Below, piece after piece: positions 29,034 through 38,865 of a stretch of 63,612 bases of DNA. The stretch lies in the IMG/VR virus record IMGVR_UViG_3300037485_001761, positions 1 through 63,612 of that record. One strand, given 5' to 3'. The notes under the pieces are model-generated. The model did not search any database. It worked only from the letters and a program-made list of their open reading frames with translations, and was not told the origin of the DNA. A program made the position numbers and the translations under genes. The DNA comes from a virus. Taxonomy: Duplodnaviria > Caudoviricetes. How positions within the stretch are numbered: the first letter of the stretch is position 1; every line of letters begins with the position of its first letter.

Positions 29034-29582
29034 GTGACAACACCTAGCATAATCCTCGGAATTGACCCCGGCCTTAAAGGGGCGGGGTGTTTACTTCATC
29101 TCGGCAACCCCGTAGCGGGCTTCAACCTACCAACTACAAGCCTGGAAAAAGAATTCCTAAGCCCTAGGAGATGGGGTAAGGCCATCGACGTTGAAAAGCT
29201 ACACACTCTTATCAAAGCATTGCCTATGAAGCCGGAAACCGTCGTCCTCGAGGTGCCTTTAGCTTTGCCCGGGCTCTCAAACCAAAGTTTGCAAAGCAGT
29301 TTCTCTAATTGGGGTATTCTCTATGGCTCGCTAAAGACATTGAATATACCAATAACCTTGGTAAGCCCTGCTGACTGGGTATTGGGAATGCACGATAAAT
29401 TCTGTGCTGACAGTGGTATAGAGAATAACAAGGCTAAGTCTTTGGAGTGTTACAAAAAGCTCTGGCCGAGGATTCCTGTGCAATCTCTAGGGTTTAAAGA
29501 GTCCAACGATGGATTCATCGACGCCGCTCTTCTTGCCTTCTTTCTTGCCTGGAGACGTGGTTGGCTAGAAACGTACAAATAA
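29034..29582 (+). CDS. RuvC-like Holliday junction resolvase
   Basis: ILGIDPG, VVLE and DG.IDAALLA catalytic motifs. Confidence 0.85.
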   Translation: MTTPSIILGIDPGLKGAGCLLHLGNPVAGFNLPTTSLEKEFLSPRRWGKAIDVEKLHTLIKALPMKPETVVLEVPLALPGLSNQSLQSSFSNWGILYGSLKTLNIPITLVSPADWVLGMHDKFCADSGIENNKAKSLECYKKLWPRIPVQSLGFKESNDGFIDAALLAFFLAWRRGWLETYK

Positions 29583-29747
29583 TCAGTAATTACAGGCAAA
29601 TAGATGAGAATTATGAATAAATGTATTTTGTACAATGGAAATTTGTCAATAAAATCGTCAAAGCATAAGTAGAGTAAATAGTAAACATTATACTTTTTTA
29701 TACAGTTTATACGTTTTTAATACTTTTCTCTTTACAACCCCCCCTTC

Positions 29748-29773
29748 CCCGCCCCGATTTGACTCGGGGCGGG
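29748..29773. other. GC-rich 10-bp hairpin after an AT-rich tract in a ~470-bp intergenic region
   Basis: CCCGCCCCGA-TTTGAC-TCGGGGCGGG. Confidence 0.6.
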
Positions 29774-29964
29774 AGGAAAACGATGGCTCAAAAGAGGTGG
29801 GGTTTAATTTATTTTTTTAAGTTTCACTTAATTATTTTGTCCAGAAAAAAGTGTGCGATTTTTTTCGCGTTTACCCCGCCATTTCCGCGAAATAGACCTG
29901 GATCATATTCTCGCGAGCTTGACTTTTACGGGTTCTTGTGATCCTCTTTTGAATTCTCTATTAC

Positions 29965-29993
29965 TTGACTTTTCAATAATCGATTTGTAAAAT
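29965..29993 (+). promoter_or_regulatory. Sigma70 promoter for the replication operon
   Basis: TTGACT-17 nt-TAAAAT. Confidence 0.75.
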
Positions 29994-30059
29994 GTCATCT
30001 TTGGGGTTCACTGTGGTGGCGTTTCCCGAAGACAACAACATACCGCATGGAGTGTATCA

Positions 30060-31670
30060 GTGTTCACTACCCACGTCAAGCCCTTTTTATTTTCAACTAA
30101 TCCCAACTCTTCCGACATAACTGAGCAACAAATACGGGCTAAAATGACTAAGCCTAATATCACAGATGAGGAGTTGATAGAGATAGGAGAAGAGTTAAAA
30201 AAATTCAAGGCCGAAAAGAAGAGAGCAGAAAAGCAGATAATGCAAAGACAGCTTCTCTCGTCTTTACGAAAAGAAGAAAACAATAGAGCAAAAACTATCA
30301 ATGAGGAGTTATTTGAGAAAAATCTACCCAAAGTAATCCGATTTCTGAAGGGGGATAAAGGAAGATATACTGTCTATGCTAGGAAGAATAGCGAGACGTT
30401 AGAATTTGAACCCCTCTTTACTACAAAAGATTTTAGAAATGCTACCAATGCCACTGCTCTTCAGAATACTCTTTGTGCTACTGAGGAATGGGAAGATTTT
30501 ATGGCTGGGGTCATAGACAGTTACCAAATAGCCCCGGGGCCCGGGCCTAAAGATCCTATCTCGATTGCTTTCTGGAAAGATGCGCTCACCTATTTCTCAA
30601 ACCACCCGCGATTGGTTAAGCTCAATGACCGACTCCCTACTTTTTCCAATAGCCGAGAAGAAGATTGCGTCATTTGCTTTCCTCTAGATAAATTGACGCC
30701 CGGGAGATACGACAACATACGACAATTTTTGAAGAGGTTAGATTATCCCGATCATTTCATGGCTTGGGTGGCGAGCGTATTCCTGGCCCACTCAAAGAAT
30801 TCCCAAGTGCTGTGGCTCCAGGGGAATGGCAATGACGGGAAAACTATTATCATAAATTTAATTGTGGCATTGTTGCAGGAGATCATTAAATACAAAGGGG
30901 CTAGCGCCAGCGTTGACGAAAATAACCTAGATAGCCCATTTATATACTCCAATCTTTCTTCCTGCCGCCTAGTAACTTTCTCGGATGTTAAATATCTTAA
31001 CCTATTAGACACCCCCTTTATTCATAAAGTAACAGGAAATGATTTGGTAGCAAGTGAGGAGAAGTATGAAGCCAAGGTACAGGAAACAGTGTTCTGTAAG
31101 GTGGCCATTACTTCGAACTATTCTCCGGTGATGGAGAAAGTAACGAACCAATTACGGAGGATTTTAAGGATCAAGGTCAGCCCTACCGGAAGCATGTCCA
31201 AAGATTTGACATGGGAGGAAGAAGTTAAGAAAGAAATGCCCCATTTTGTGTACGCCTGTCTTAAGAAGTATCCCGAAATAATCAAAGGAGAGATGATCGT
31301 CCCCGAGGATGAGGATTATCTAGTGGATGTGGGCTCCCATGCCGAACAAATATTCGAAGAAATATGCAATAAGCGATTTACCTTTGAAGATAATTCTTAT
31401 GCCTACGTGACCGACGTGATGAAGGCATTAAACAAGACAGTGAAGGAATTTGGGATGACCAATACCAACTATATTATAGATAAATTCACAAGATACTTGA
31501 AAACAAAGTATGACGTCAACAAAATTGCACTGACAAGGGATTCAGACAAAAGGCAAATAACCCTCTTTAAGGGAATGAGGATGGCGGTCAGTGTAAACAT
31601 CTCGGAATGGAAGGCTTCAGGAGCCACTCCAATGAAGTTTCCTGAAGAAGAGGAGGTATGCCCACTATGA
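30060..31670 (+). CDS. SF3 (D5/P4-primase-type) helicase ATPase
   Basis: LWLQGNGNDGKT Walker A, RLVTFSD, KVTGND..EEKY, TSNY, RRIL; true start may be MTKPN (~30143); no prim-pol motif recognised. Confidence 0.8.
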   Translation: MFTTHVKPFLFSTNPNSSDITEQQIRAKMTKPNITDEELIEIGEELKKFKAEKKRAEKQIMQRQLLSSLRKEENNRAKTINEELFEKNLPKVIRFLKGDKGRYTVYARKNSETLEFEPLFTTKDFRNATNATALQNTLCATEEWEDFMAGVIDSYQIAPGPGPKDPISIAFWKDALTYFSNHPRLVKLNDRLPTFSNSREEDCVICFPLDKLTPGRYDNIRQFLKRLDYPDHFMAWVASVFLAHSKNSQVLWLQGNGNDGKTIIINLIVALLQEIIKYKGASASVDENNLDSPFIYSNLSSCRLVTFSDVKYLNLLDTPFIHKVTGNDLVASEEKYEAKVQETVFCKVAITSNYSPVMEKVTNQLRRILRIKVSPTGSMSKDLTWEEEVKKEMPHFVYACLKKYPEIIKGEMIVPEDEDYLVDVGSHAEQIFEEICNKRFTFEDNSYAYVTDVMKALNKTVKEFGMTNTNYIIDKFTRYLKTKYDVNKIALTRDSDKRQITLFKGMRMAVSVNISEWKASGATPMKFPEEEEVCPL

Positions 31671-32503
31671 GAAAAGATAAAATACTAGAAAGGTGCTACG
31701 CAGAACGGGATGTGTCCGAAGATACTTTTGAAGAAATAGTTTCTGATTATATGAATAAGCTAGAAACCTTTTGCTTAAGGCCGACTATTAAAGCAAGGGC
31801 TCCTGTCTCCGAGGTGTTGCATTGTCTCAATGAATGGGTGTGGTGGGAAAAAGAAAAAGATACAGATTTAGCTCTTGTCGTGGCTCTAATTAAGAGCGGG
31901 TTTTCAATTCAATCCTTCTTTTCATGGGAGACATTATTTGAAAGTACCGTAAATGTAAGTATTAAAGAATTAGCAAAACTAAAGGAAGTAGCCCGCACGA
32001 AAAATAGTAGGGAGTTGGAGCTTTTCTGGGCCGTTAAACAACCGATAGTAGAAATACGTTATGCTAATATTCGGGATGCTGAGAATAAGTTAAAATTATT
32101 TTGCGTTCCCAACGTTTATGTTACCGGGGATAGGAGAGGCCTTAGTGCATCCTTAAAAGAGATTTATCTTTCTCATGACCCTGAGGGAGAAGTCCGACTA
32201 GCTCACATGGTGGACAGATGCAAATCCTGGCTCAATGTTCTATATCCCTGGAGTGAGTGGAATATTAAGTATACAGATTGCAAGATAAACGATGAAGCTT
32301 ACAGTTATCATCTAAAACATCTGGTAGAAGAATTTTACGCTAGATTGGGGATACATGAATATATTGCAGACGAGGCTATGACTATAGCAATGGCAGATAT
32401 TGGGTACAACATCCAGATTTGCGACCTCTCACTCCCCTATCACGCACTAGCTATCCCGAAGCATAGACTAACCACAATACAGAGAATGTGCGGAAGGACT
32501 TGA
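31658..32503 (+). CDS. Hypothetical replication-module protein
   Basis: GAGGAGG RBS; lies between helicase and polymerase. Confidence 0.65.
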   Translation: MPTMRKDKILERCYAERDVSEDTFEEIVSDYMNKLETFCLRPTIKARAPVSEVLHCLNEWVWWEKEKDTDLALVVALIKSGFSIQSFFSWETLFESTVNVSIKELAKLKEVARTKNSRELELFWAVKQPIVEIRYANIRDAENKLKLFCVPNVYVTGDRRGLSASLKEIYLSHDPEGEVRLAHMVDRCKSWLNVLYPWSEWNIKYTDCKINDEAYSYHLKHLVEEFYARLGIHEYIADEAMTIAMADIGYNIQICDLSLPYHALAIPKHRLTTIQRMCGRT

Positions 32504-32504
32504 T

Positions 32505-34607
32505 ATGAAATACATTTATTATGATTTCGAGTATCACTCAACCGCCCAGCCCAAGCTTTCGGTGGTTTGTTGCGCGGTGTTTGAACGGCACTGCCTTCCC
32601 GACAAAGCAGAATTTATTGAGAAGAAAATGCTGTTCTGGCTTGAGGGAGGCAGGGATACTAAAGCCTTTCTCGAGTATGTAGAAGTCAACAAAGATGAAA
32701 TATTCCTCTCCTACAACGTCATTGCCGAAGCTGGAGCCTTCTATTCTCTTGGTTTAAATCCAACCAACTACAATTGGATTGACCTTATGACAGAGTTTAA
32801 ACAGCTCAAGAACTCCAATTGGAAAAGGGAATACGGCAAATACATTGACGCTAAAAGCGGCAAGCCTAAGAAGTCTACTCCCCCCGAATACGAAAGAGGA
32901 TACGTCGTAAAGAAGGATAAAGAGGAAAAGAAGAAGTTTGGTATCAACAACCAAGCGGTTAATAATTCCTTGGCCACTTGTTTATACAATATCCTAGGTA
33001 TCGAGATGGACGTAGCCCATAAAAAGAAAATGCAGAATAGAATTCTTCAAGGCGGGCCATTTAGTGAGCAGGAAATTAAGGAGATTTCGGAGTATGCGCT
33101 CGAGGACGTGAACCATTTGTCTGATTTATTTCGGACAATGGCTACCGAGTTGTGTCTTCTTTCGTATAATTCAGACAAGGTTACTCGCAGGTATCTCAAA
33201 GATGCCGCTCTTCGTGGCGAATGGTCAGCGCGGCTCGCCGTGATGGAGCGGATAGGGATTCCGGTAAGGATGGATTGGTTGAAGAATCTTTCCAAGAATC
33301 ATGCTCAAGTAGACAACGCCATCTGTAAACAACTCTCTGAAGAAGTCTACCCTTTCTATGTGTGGGAAAAGACTAAATGGGTGGAAAAGGGTGACAAGTT
33401 TAAAGGGTTTCTTATAGCCAATAAGCTCCTCGACATCTGGCCGAAGACAGACACCGGACTCCCTTCTGCGGGTAAAGAAGCCTTAGAGAAGTATGAATAT
33501 ATCCCGGAAATATTAGAATTTCGTAGAGTGAAGGATATGAGAAGACAGCTCTCTACTTTCAAAGATACGAGCTTCGAAACTGTGTCAGGATTTGAAGAAG
33601 AGGGAGAAGATTCTCCGAATGTCGAAGGCCGCGAAAAGATATTTCAACGCATTGGCAGTGACAACCGATTGCGGAGTTTCTTTAATCCTTATGGTACGCA
33701 AACCTCACGGAACGCCCCGCCTTCTCGCAACTTTATCTACGCGATGAGTAGCTGGCTGAGAGCGTTTGTTCAACCTCCTCCTGGCTACTCGATAACCGCA
33801 ATTGATTATTCCTCCGAAGAATTCATCATCGCCGCTTGCGAGTCGGGCGATAAGAACATGGAGAAGGTTTATGATTCGGGAGACGTTTACCTAGGTTTTG
33901 CCAAATTGGTGAAAGCGGTTCCTGAGAATGCGGATAAAGTCTCTCATAAAAAAGAAAGAGAGATGTTTAAGTCAACCATCCTTGGATTGCAATTCCTTAT
34001 GGGAGGCAACTCTCTGCACTTAAAACTAATGGCGGATACTAAGAATCCTAACCTTCCTCGAGAGAAATCCGATGAACTTGTGGACGCTCATAAAGAACAA
34101 TTCGAGAGATATTGGGAATACACCGATGAGGTGTGGGACGAATATACTTCGGGAAAGACTTTGTGTACTAGAGATAGTTGGTATTTATTCTGTGATAATC
34201 CCAATGAACGGAGTGTGAAGAACTTCAAGGTTCAAGGAGCCGGAGGCGCTATCCTTCGCAAAGCCGTTCAGCTTTGTCAGGATGGGGGTTTAACGGTGTT
34301 CTCGGCGCTTCATGATGCTCTGTACTTCTTACATCGTACCGAGGACACGACGGCTGTTGTAGCTAAGGCAGAGCATTATATGAACCTTGCCTTCTTCTTT
34401 TTCTACGAAAGAAATATCAAGATGGAAGCTAAAACCTTTGCTCATGGGAAATATTCTGTCGAAGGTAAAGGAAAGAAACACTTCAATAGCCTAAGACAAT
34501 GGTTTATGAATCCCGAGGATATGGCGTACTACGAGAAGGTTTTATTGAATGAGGAAGCGTTGAAAGAGATTAAAGTCGACAAGGAAAAAGCAGAAATTCT
34601 TTTATAA
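32505..34607 (+). CDS. polA: Family A DNA polymerase with 3'-5' exonuclease domain
   Basis: YYDFEY (ExoI), YALEDV (ExoIII), TQTSR, IDYSSEE (motif A), R..FKSTILGLQF (motif B), LHDAL (motif C). Confidence 0.9.
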   Translation: MKYIYYDFEYHSTAQPKLSVVCCAVFERHCLPDKAEFIEKKMLFWLEGGRDTKAFLEYVEVNKDEIFLSYNVIAEAGAFYSLGLNPTNYNWIDLMTEFKQLKNSNWKREYGKYIDAKSGKPKKSTPPEYERGYVVKKDKEEKKKFGINNQAVNNSLATCLYNILGIEMDVAHKKKMQNRILQGGPFSEQEIKEISEYALEDVNHLSDLFRTMATELCLLSYNSDKVTRRYLKDAALRGEWSARLAVMERIGIPVRMDWLKNLSKNHAQVDNAICKQLSEEVYPFYVWEKTKWVEKGDKFKGFLIANKLLDIWPKTDTGLPSAGKEALEKYEYIPEILEFRRVKDMRRQLSTFKDTSFETVSGFEEEGEDSPNVEGREKIFQRIGSDNRLRSFFNPYGTQTSRNAPPSRNFIYAMSSWLRAFVQPPPGYSITAIDYSSEEFIIAACESGDKNMEKVYDSGDVYLGFAKLVKAVPENADKVSHKKEREMFKSTILGLQFLMGGNSLHLKLMADTKNPNLPREKSDELVDAHKEQFERYWEYTDEVWDEYTSGKTLCTRDSWYLFCDNPNERSVKNFKVQGAGGAILRKAVQLCQDGGLTVFSALHDALYFLHRTEDTTAVVAKAEHYMNLAFFFFYERNIKMEAKTFAHGKYSVEGKGKKHFNSLRQWFMNPEDMAYYEKVLLNEEALKEIKVDKEKAEILL

Positions 34608-34712
34608 TCCTATTGACACTTCCCCCATCTTGTGCAAAACTAACCCGGCCATCAAGTAGTGTGTGAAATAGTTCACCTTTTCCAATTTAGGCAAGCATAG
34701 AAGGAAATTATC

Positions 34713-35114
34713 ATGGCTTTTCAGCAAGTGGGTGGTCAGTCCAAATATTACAAATACAAAGAGTTAACTAAGGGACAAGTACTTACCGAAGGCTGGTACA
34801 CCGAAAAAGGGCGTAACCAGTATGGAGAATTTTATGTCGTGCTTGATCCCGCAGGCATTCGTCATGTGTTGAACGCTTCAGGGCAATTAGATCACACCAT
34901 GGAAGCTATCAATTTAGAAGATTATATCCGAGTTACCTATGACGGTACCTTTGTATTGACTAAAGGGGCGTTCAAGGGAACGGCCTGTCACCAATTTATC
35001 GTCGAACGCGACCACGCCAAATGCGGTAAACGGAATGAGACTATCTCTTCTGGCTTTGAACCCGTCGCCGAAGTGATCACGGAAACAGTGGAGGAAGAGT
35101 GCCTTCCTTTTTGA
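34713..35114 (+). CDS. Putative single-stranded DNA-binding protein
   Basis: Small beta/OB-like protein with acidic tail ending EEECLPF like SSB C-termini; position after polA; TTGACA at 34613 upstream. Confidence 0.55.
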   Translation: MAFQQVGGQSKYYKYKELTKGQVLTEGWYTEKGRNQYGEFYVVLDPAGIRHVLNASGQLDHTMEAINLEDYIRVTYDGTFVLTKGAFKGTACHQFIVERDHAKCGKRNETISSGFEPVAEVITETVEEECLPF

Positions 35115-35130
35115 TGGAGAAAGCTATACA

Positions 35131-36057
35131 ATGCAACAAGTAAAAGAAAAAATACCGATCGAGAACCGACGGTTCTCCTATTCAGCCAGTACAACTTATC
35201 AAAGTTGCCACATGAAATACTGGCTCAAATATATAGAACAAGTGGACAAGGATCCCGATGTTGAAGATGACGGCGATGCTCTTCGCTTCGGGAAAGCGAT
35301 GCACAGTTTACTCGAACTGTACCGGCACGATTATCGGTGGATGGGGAAACCTGAATTTCGGTTAGCACATGACAAGATTATGGAAGAGAACACCATAACT
35401 GACCCAGCGGTTCAAACCCAAATCCTTTCCTGTGGTGTCACGGCTTCCGAATTACATATCCGCAGCAAACTTGAAGTCGTCGGTATCGAAGTCGAAATAG
35501 GCGACCGTGATATTATTGGTTACGTGGACTTGGTTGTCGGAGATGTTTATGGCTGGTGGTGGATTGTTGACCTTAAATCGTCGGGCCTTGTAGTTGAATC
35601 CCTCTTTGCCAGGTTGCATAAAGACCCGCAACTCTCTCTTTACGCCCACTACGCGCCGATGTTAGCGGAGAGACTAAAGCTCGACGTTAATAAATTTGCC
35701 GGAGTTCGTTACCGCGTCGTGCAGAAACCCAAGACAAAACCAAAGCAAGGCGAATCGGTGTCTGCTTATTGCACTCGAGCGGATATTCTCTGTCATGAAG
35801 TTGTGGTGGATAAAGCTCATCTTCCTACGGATGAACAGTTTACGAAGATGAAACGGCTCAAGCAAGGAGCGATGATTCTAACGCATGAAACGGCAGAAAA
35901 GAATGTGGGAAACTGTATTCAATATTTCCGCCCCTGTGAATTTTGGAGTCATTGCTATGGGGCCACATATACGGTATGCAAAGATATGTTGCCAAGGTTT
36001 ACGCAGAAAAACATTAGCGACCAAACATTAACCCCGGATGAAGATTTACTTTTGTAA
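35131..36057 (+). CDS. PD-(D/E)XK Cas4/RecB-like exonuclease
   Basis: FSYS..C, FGKAMH, E.E..GYVD...IVDLKS, QL..Y and C-terminal C..C...C cluster ligands. Confidence 0.85.
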   Translation: MQQVKEKIPIENRRFSYSASTTYQSCHMKYWLKYIEQVDKDPDVEDDGDALRFGKAMHSLLELYRHDYRWMGKPEFRLAHDKIMEENTITDPAVQTQILSCGVTASELHIRSKLEVVGIEVEIGDRDIIGYVDLVVGDVYGWWWIVDLKSSGLVVESLFARLHKDPQLSLYAHYAPMLAERLKLDVNKFAGVRYRVVQKPKTKPKQGESVSAYCTRADILCHEVVVDKAHLPTDEQFTKMKRLKQGAMILTHETAEKNVGNCIQYFRPCEFWSHCYGATYTVCKDMLPRFTQKNISDQTLTPDEDLLL

Positions 36058-36083
36058 AACCTACAGAATAAGGAATAAACACA

Positions 36084-36824
36084 ATGTACAGTCAGATTAC
36101 TTTACAACATATTGGAATTGACACCTATCTTATGGCAATTCGCTTGCAACTTCGTATTGATCACGCTGGGCGTAGCGAAGAGTATATGCGGTTTCTTGGC
36201 TTCACGAATACCGAGAAACCTACAGCACTTCAACTCTCTGAATGGGTGGAAGCGCAAAAAGCTCACTGCTACAAACAATTTGAAGCGACCTACATTAACG
36301 CAACTCCGGTAGCGGGTGTCGTAGCTCCTGTAGTGCCTATCACTCCTTCAGTAGTTCCTCCCGTTGTGGAGGCTCCTGTGGTTATTGTGCCTGCTATCAC
36401 TGCTCCCGTTGCCGCTCCCGTCGAAGCCCCGAAACCAAAGGGCCGAGCCAAGAAAGCGACGGAAACTGTGGAGACGACAGCAACTCCCGTTGTTGATGAG
36501 CCGGTACATCCTGTAGTCACAGAAACTCTTCTCGTGAATGACGATCCTTTAATGCCGGTGGCTGAAGAGAAGCATGACGACATTATGTTCAACCGAACTG
36601 ACCGAGTTCACATCACTCCGATCATGGATAAACTGGCATCTTTCGATAAGAACTGGAAAACCAACACCGCCTTAATCACCAAGTTAAAAGCGGTTCTTGA
36701 CCTCGCGAACGAGAAATGGATTTTCATCCGAGATGGCAAGCTCAACAAAGCACTTCCGACCTCGGTTATCTGGGCCGCGCAGAACGATGTTGCTCTTCCC
36801 GAACCTCATTATATCTCGGAGTAG
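36084..36824 (+). CDS. Hypothetical protein with Pro/Val/Ala-rich linker
   Basis: AAGGA RBS; in operon. Confidence 0.7.
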   Translation: MYSQITLQHIGIDTYLMAIRLQLRIDHAGRSEEYMRFLGFTNTEKPTALQLSEWVEAQKAHCYKQFEATYINATPVAGVVAPVVPITPSVVPPVVEAPVVIVPAITAPVAAPVEAPKPKGRAKKATETVETTATPVVDEPVHPVVTETLLVNDDPLMPVAEEKHDDIMFNRTDRVHITPIMDKLASFDKNWKTNTALITKLKAVLDLANEKWIFIRDGKLNKALPTSVIWAAQNDVALPEPHYISE

Positions 36825-36827
36825 TCA

Positions 36828-38084
36828 ATGTTACCCGAAGTAAAACTCTATAAGCATCAAGATAAGACTGTGGAGTTTTACAAAACGAAACCTGCAATCC
36901 TTAACAGCTCTGAGCCAGGCACCGGTAAAACTCTCACCGTAATTAAGCATTGTGAAGGAATGGGCAAAGTCCTTATTGTTTGTCCCAGCTTTCTCTGCCT
37001 TAACTGGAAGAGAGAATTTAAACTGTTTGCGGGAGAGGATGTGGCTATTTGGCCTCAAACGGCAAGGGTAACTCTGTTCAGTGTCGACTCTATTTGGAGA
37101 GACGCTAAACCATTTATGGGGCTAGATTTGCTTGTTATGGACGAAAGCACATACATCTCAACAGTTTCCGCCAGACGGACGAAGGCCTTCCACGAATACG
37201 TTAAGCTTCATCAGCCTAAACAACTTATCCTCATGAGTGGAACCCCGATTAAGAATCGCATCACTGAGCTTTACTCTACCATGCTTTTGTTAGACTATTA
37301 TTACAACGAGGGATTTCGCAGACACTTTTCCAATCAATATTCCTTTAATCATTACTTCTCCAACCCCGTCGTGAAGTACTTAGGCCGAAGACAAATAACC
37401 CAATTTGAAGGGCAAAAGAATGTCGATGACCTTAAGCGCCGATTGGCGGGGAAATGGATAAAGTTTACCTTACAGGAGCTAGAAGATTTACCTGATATTA
37501 TTTACGATGAAATTAGTGCTGAGGTTAAAGAGACAAAAGAACTCGCTGTAGTTGAACGTGAGCTGGAAGAAGGTTGGACATTAATGGAGCTTGGCGCTCC
37601 TCCCAGCGGGGGTCATATCTCTACGCTTAAGATGGAATCGGCGATAGCTAAAGTTCCCTTTGCTATCTCCCTTATGAAAGATTTACTTGACCAAGGCCAC
37701 GGCCCCCTCATTGTGTTCAGCGATCACCGAAAACCTGTTGAGATGATCTGCGAAGCGTTCGACAACTCTGAAATGATTCGCGGGGACACGCCGAACAACA
37801 TTCGCGAAACTATTGTGAGACAGTTTCAATCTGGAAAGATTGACGTTCTTGTCGGTACTATTAAAGCCATGGGAATTGGTTGGACATTAACGTCGTCGAA
37901 TACTGTGGTAATGTTAGACCGGTCGTGGGTAGTCTCCGAAAATGAGCAAGCGGTTGGTCGAATTTACCGCGCGAGTCAGAAGCGTCATTGCCGCATTATT
38001 GAAATAGTTCGACCAGGTGTCGACACCCGCATTAGCCGCACACTAAGAGCAAAAGAAAAAGTTATAAAGGCGGTTGGGCTATAA
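36828..38084 (+). CDS. SNF2-like SF2 helicase
   Basis: PGTGKT, MDES, MSGTPIKN, G.G.TLT, QAVGRIYR motifs. Confidence 0.9.
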   Translation: MLPEVKLYKHQDKTVEFYKTKPAILNSSEPGTGKTLTVIKHCEGMGKVLIVCPSFLCLNWKREFKLFAGEDVAIWPQTARVTLFSVDSIWRDAKPFMGLDLLVMDESTYISTVSARRTKAFHEYVKLHQPKQLILMSGTPIKNRITELYSTMLLLDYYYNEGFRRHFSNQYSFNHYFSNPVVKYLGRRQITQFEGQKNVDDLKRRLAGKWIKFTLQELEDLPDIIYDEISAEVKETKELAVVERELEEGWTLMELGAPPSGGHISTLKMESAIAKVPFAISLMKDLLDQGHGPLIVFSDHRKPVEMICEAFDNSEMIRGDTPNNIRETIVRQFQSGKIDVLVGTIKAMGIGWTLTSSNTVVMLDRSWVVSENEQAVGRIYRASQKRHCRIIEIVRPGVDTRISRTLRAKEKVIKAVGL

Positions 38085-38111
38085 AAATAAAACCGGTTGT
38101 GAAACCGGTTT
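38085..38111. terminator. Intrinsic terminator between convergent operons
   Basis: AAACCGGTT-GTGA-AACCGGTTT; U-tract follows on the minus strand. Confidence 0.7.
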
Positions 38112-38163
38112 CTGGAGTCCTTAGTATTTATCTCTCACTGTGCTTTGCTTTGTTGGCACGGTA

Positions 38164-38358
38164 TCAGCTTTTTGAGCAGATGACAAGCGTAAACCGATCA
38201 TCCACTATTTGCCGGGAATAGCTATGGGTAAACCGATGAACGGTATGAGGGATAACTGTGCTCGTTAATTCCTCGATCAATCCTTCCGGCAAAACTGCCG
38301 GTTCGTCAATCAATAAATCGAATTCAGGGGTCGCCGGTTTCTTTTTAATCTTTGCCAT
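38164..38358 (-). CDS. Small hypothetical protein
   Basis: GAGGTG RBS; last gene of the minus-strand block. Confidence 0.55.
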   Translation of the reverse strand: MAKIKKKPATPEFDLLIDEPAVLPEGLIEELTSTVIPHTVHRFTHSYSRQIVDDRFTLVICSKS

Positions 38359-38434
38359 TACATCACCTCTGGGCCGCTTATGCCCTGAAATTAAATTAAG
38401 ATTCTTACATGACTTCTGGGCCGCTTATGCCCTG
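38358..38434. repeat. 30-bp direct repeat (period 47) duplicating the 3' end of the zinc-ribbon gene
   Basis: TTACATCACCTCTGGGCCGCTTATGCCCTG vs TTACATGACTTCTGGGCCGCTTATGCCCTG. Confidence 0.85.
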
Positions 38435-38809
38435 TGCCTTTAGATTTTTATCGCGTTCTCGCAGGATCTCTCTTCGTAGTTTCGGGCTATCTTCAGCAAA
38501 CATTTTGTACGCATAATGTTTTTGCTGTTCAGGACTAAACGTTTGAATTCCTCGAGATTCCTGCAAGCCTAATTCAATAGCGCAGATAGGATCTTCTTGC
38601 GCGAGAAACCTGCGACGGAATCCTTTATCATCGACCAAGTCACTCTCTGACTTGAACTCCCTCATGGAGTTAAACGTGTTCCCTGCCCACAATTCAAACG
38701 TAATTTCGAATTCATGATGCCCGCAATCGCAGGCTTCATCGGGTTCTCCGAAAGAGTTATGAACTATCTTCCCGCAGGATTTACATTTATAATCATGAAT
38801 GAATGGCAT
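38405..38809 (-). CDS. FmdB-like zinc-ribbon protein
   Basis: MP..HDYKCKSCG....CDCG N-terminal motif. Confidence 0.7.
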   Translation of the reverse strand: MPFIHDYKCKSCGKIVHNSFGEPDEACDCGHHEFEITFELWAGNTFNSMREFKSESDLVDDKGFRRRFLAQEDPICAIELGLQESRGIQTFSPEQQKHYAYKMFAEDSPKLRREILRERDKNLKAQGISGPEVM

Positions 38810-38860
38810 TATTATTTCCCCATTCGTGGTTTAATTTTAATGTGAATGAATGGCATTATT
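38796..38860. repeat. 18-bp direct repeat (period 47) duplicating the start of the zinc-ribbon gene
   Basis: TGAATGAATGGCATTATT at 38796 and 38843. Confidence 0.85.
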
Positions 38861-38865
38861 GGCTC

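Noticed and set aside
35131-36057. CRISPR-associated Cas4
   Set aside because: Solo Cas4-like nuclease in a replication operon, common in phages; no cas1/cas2 or array
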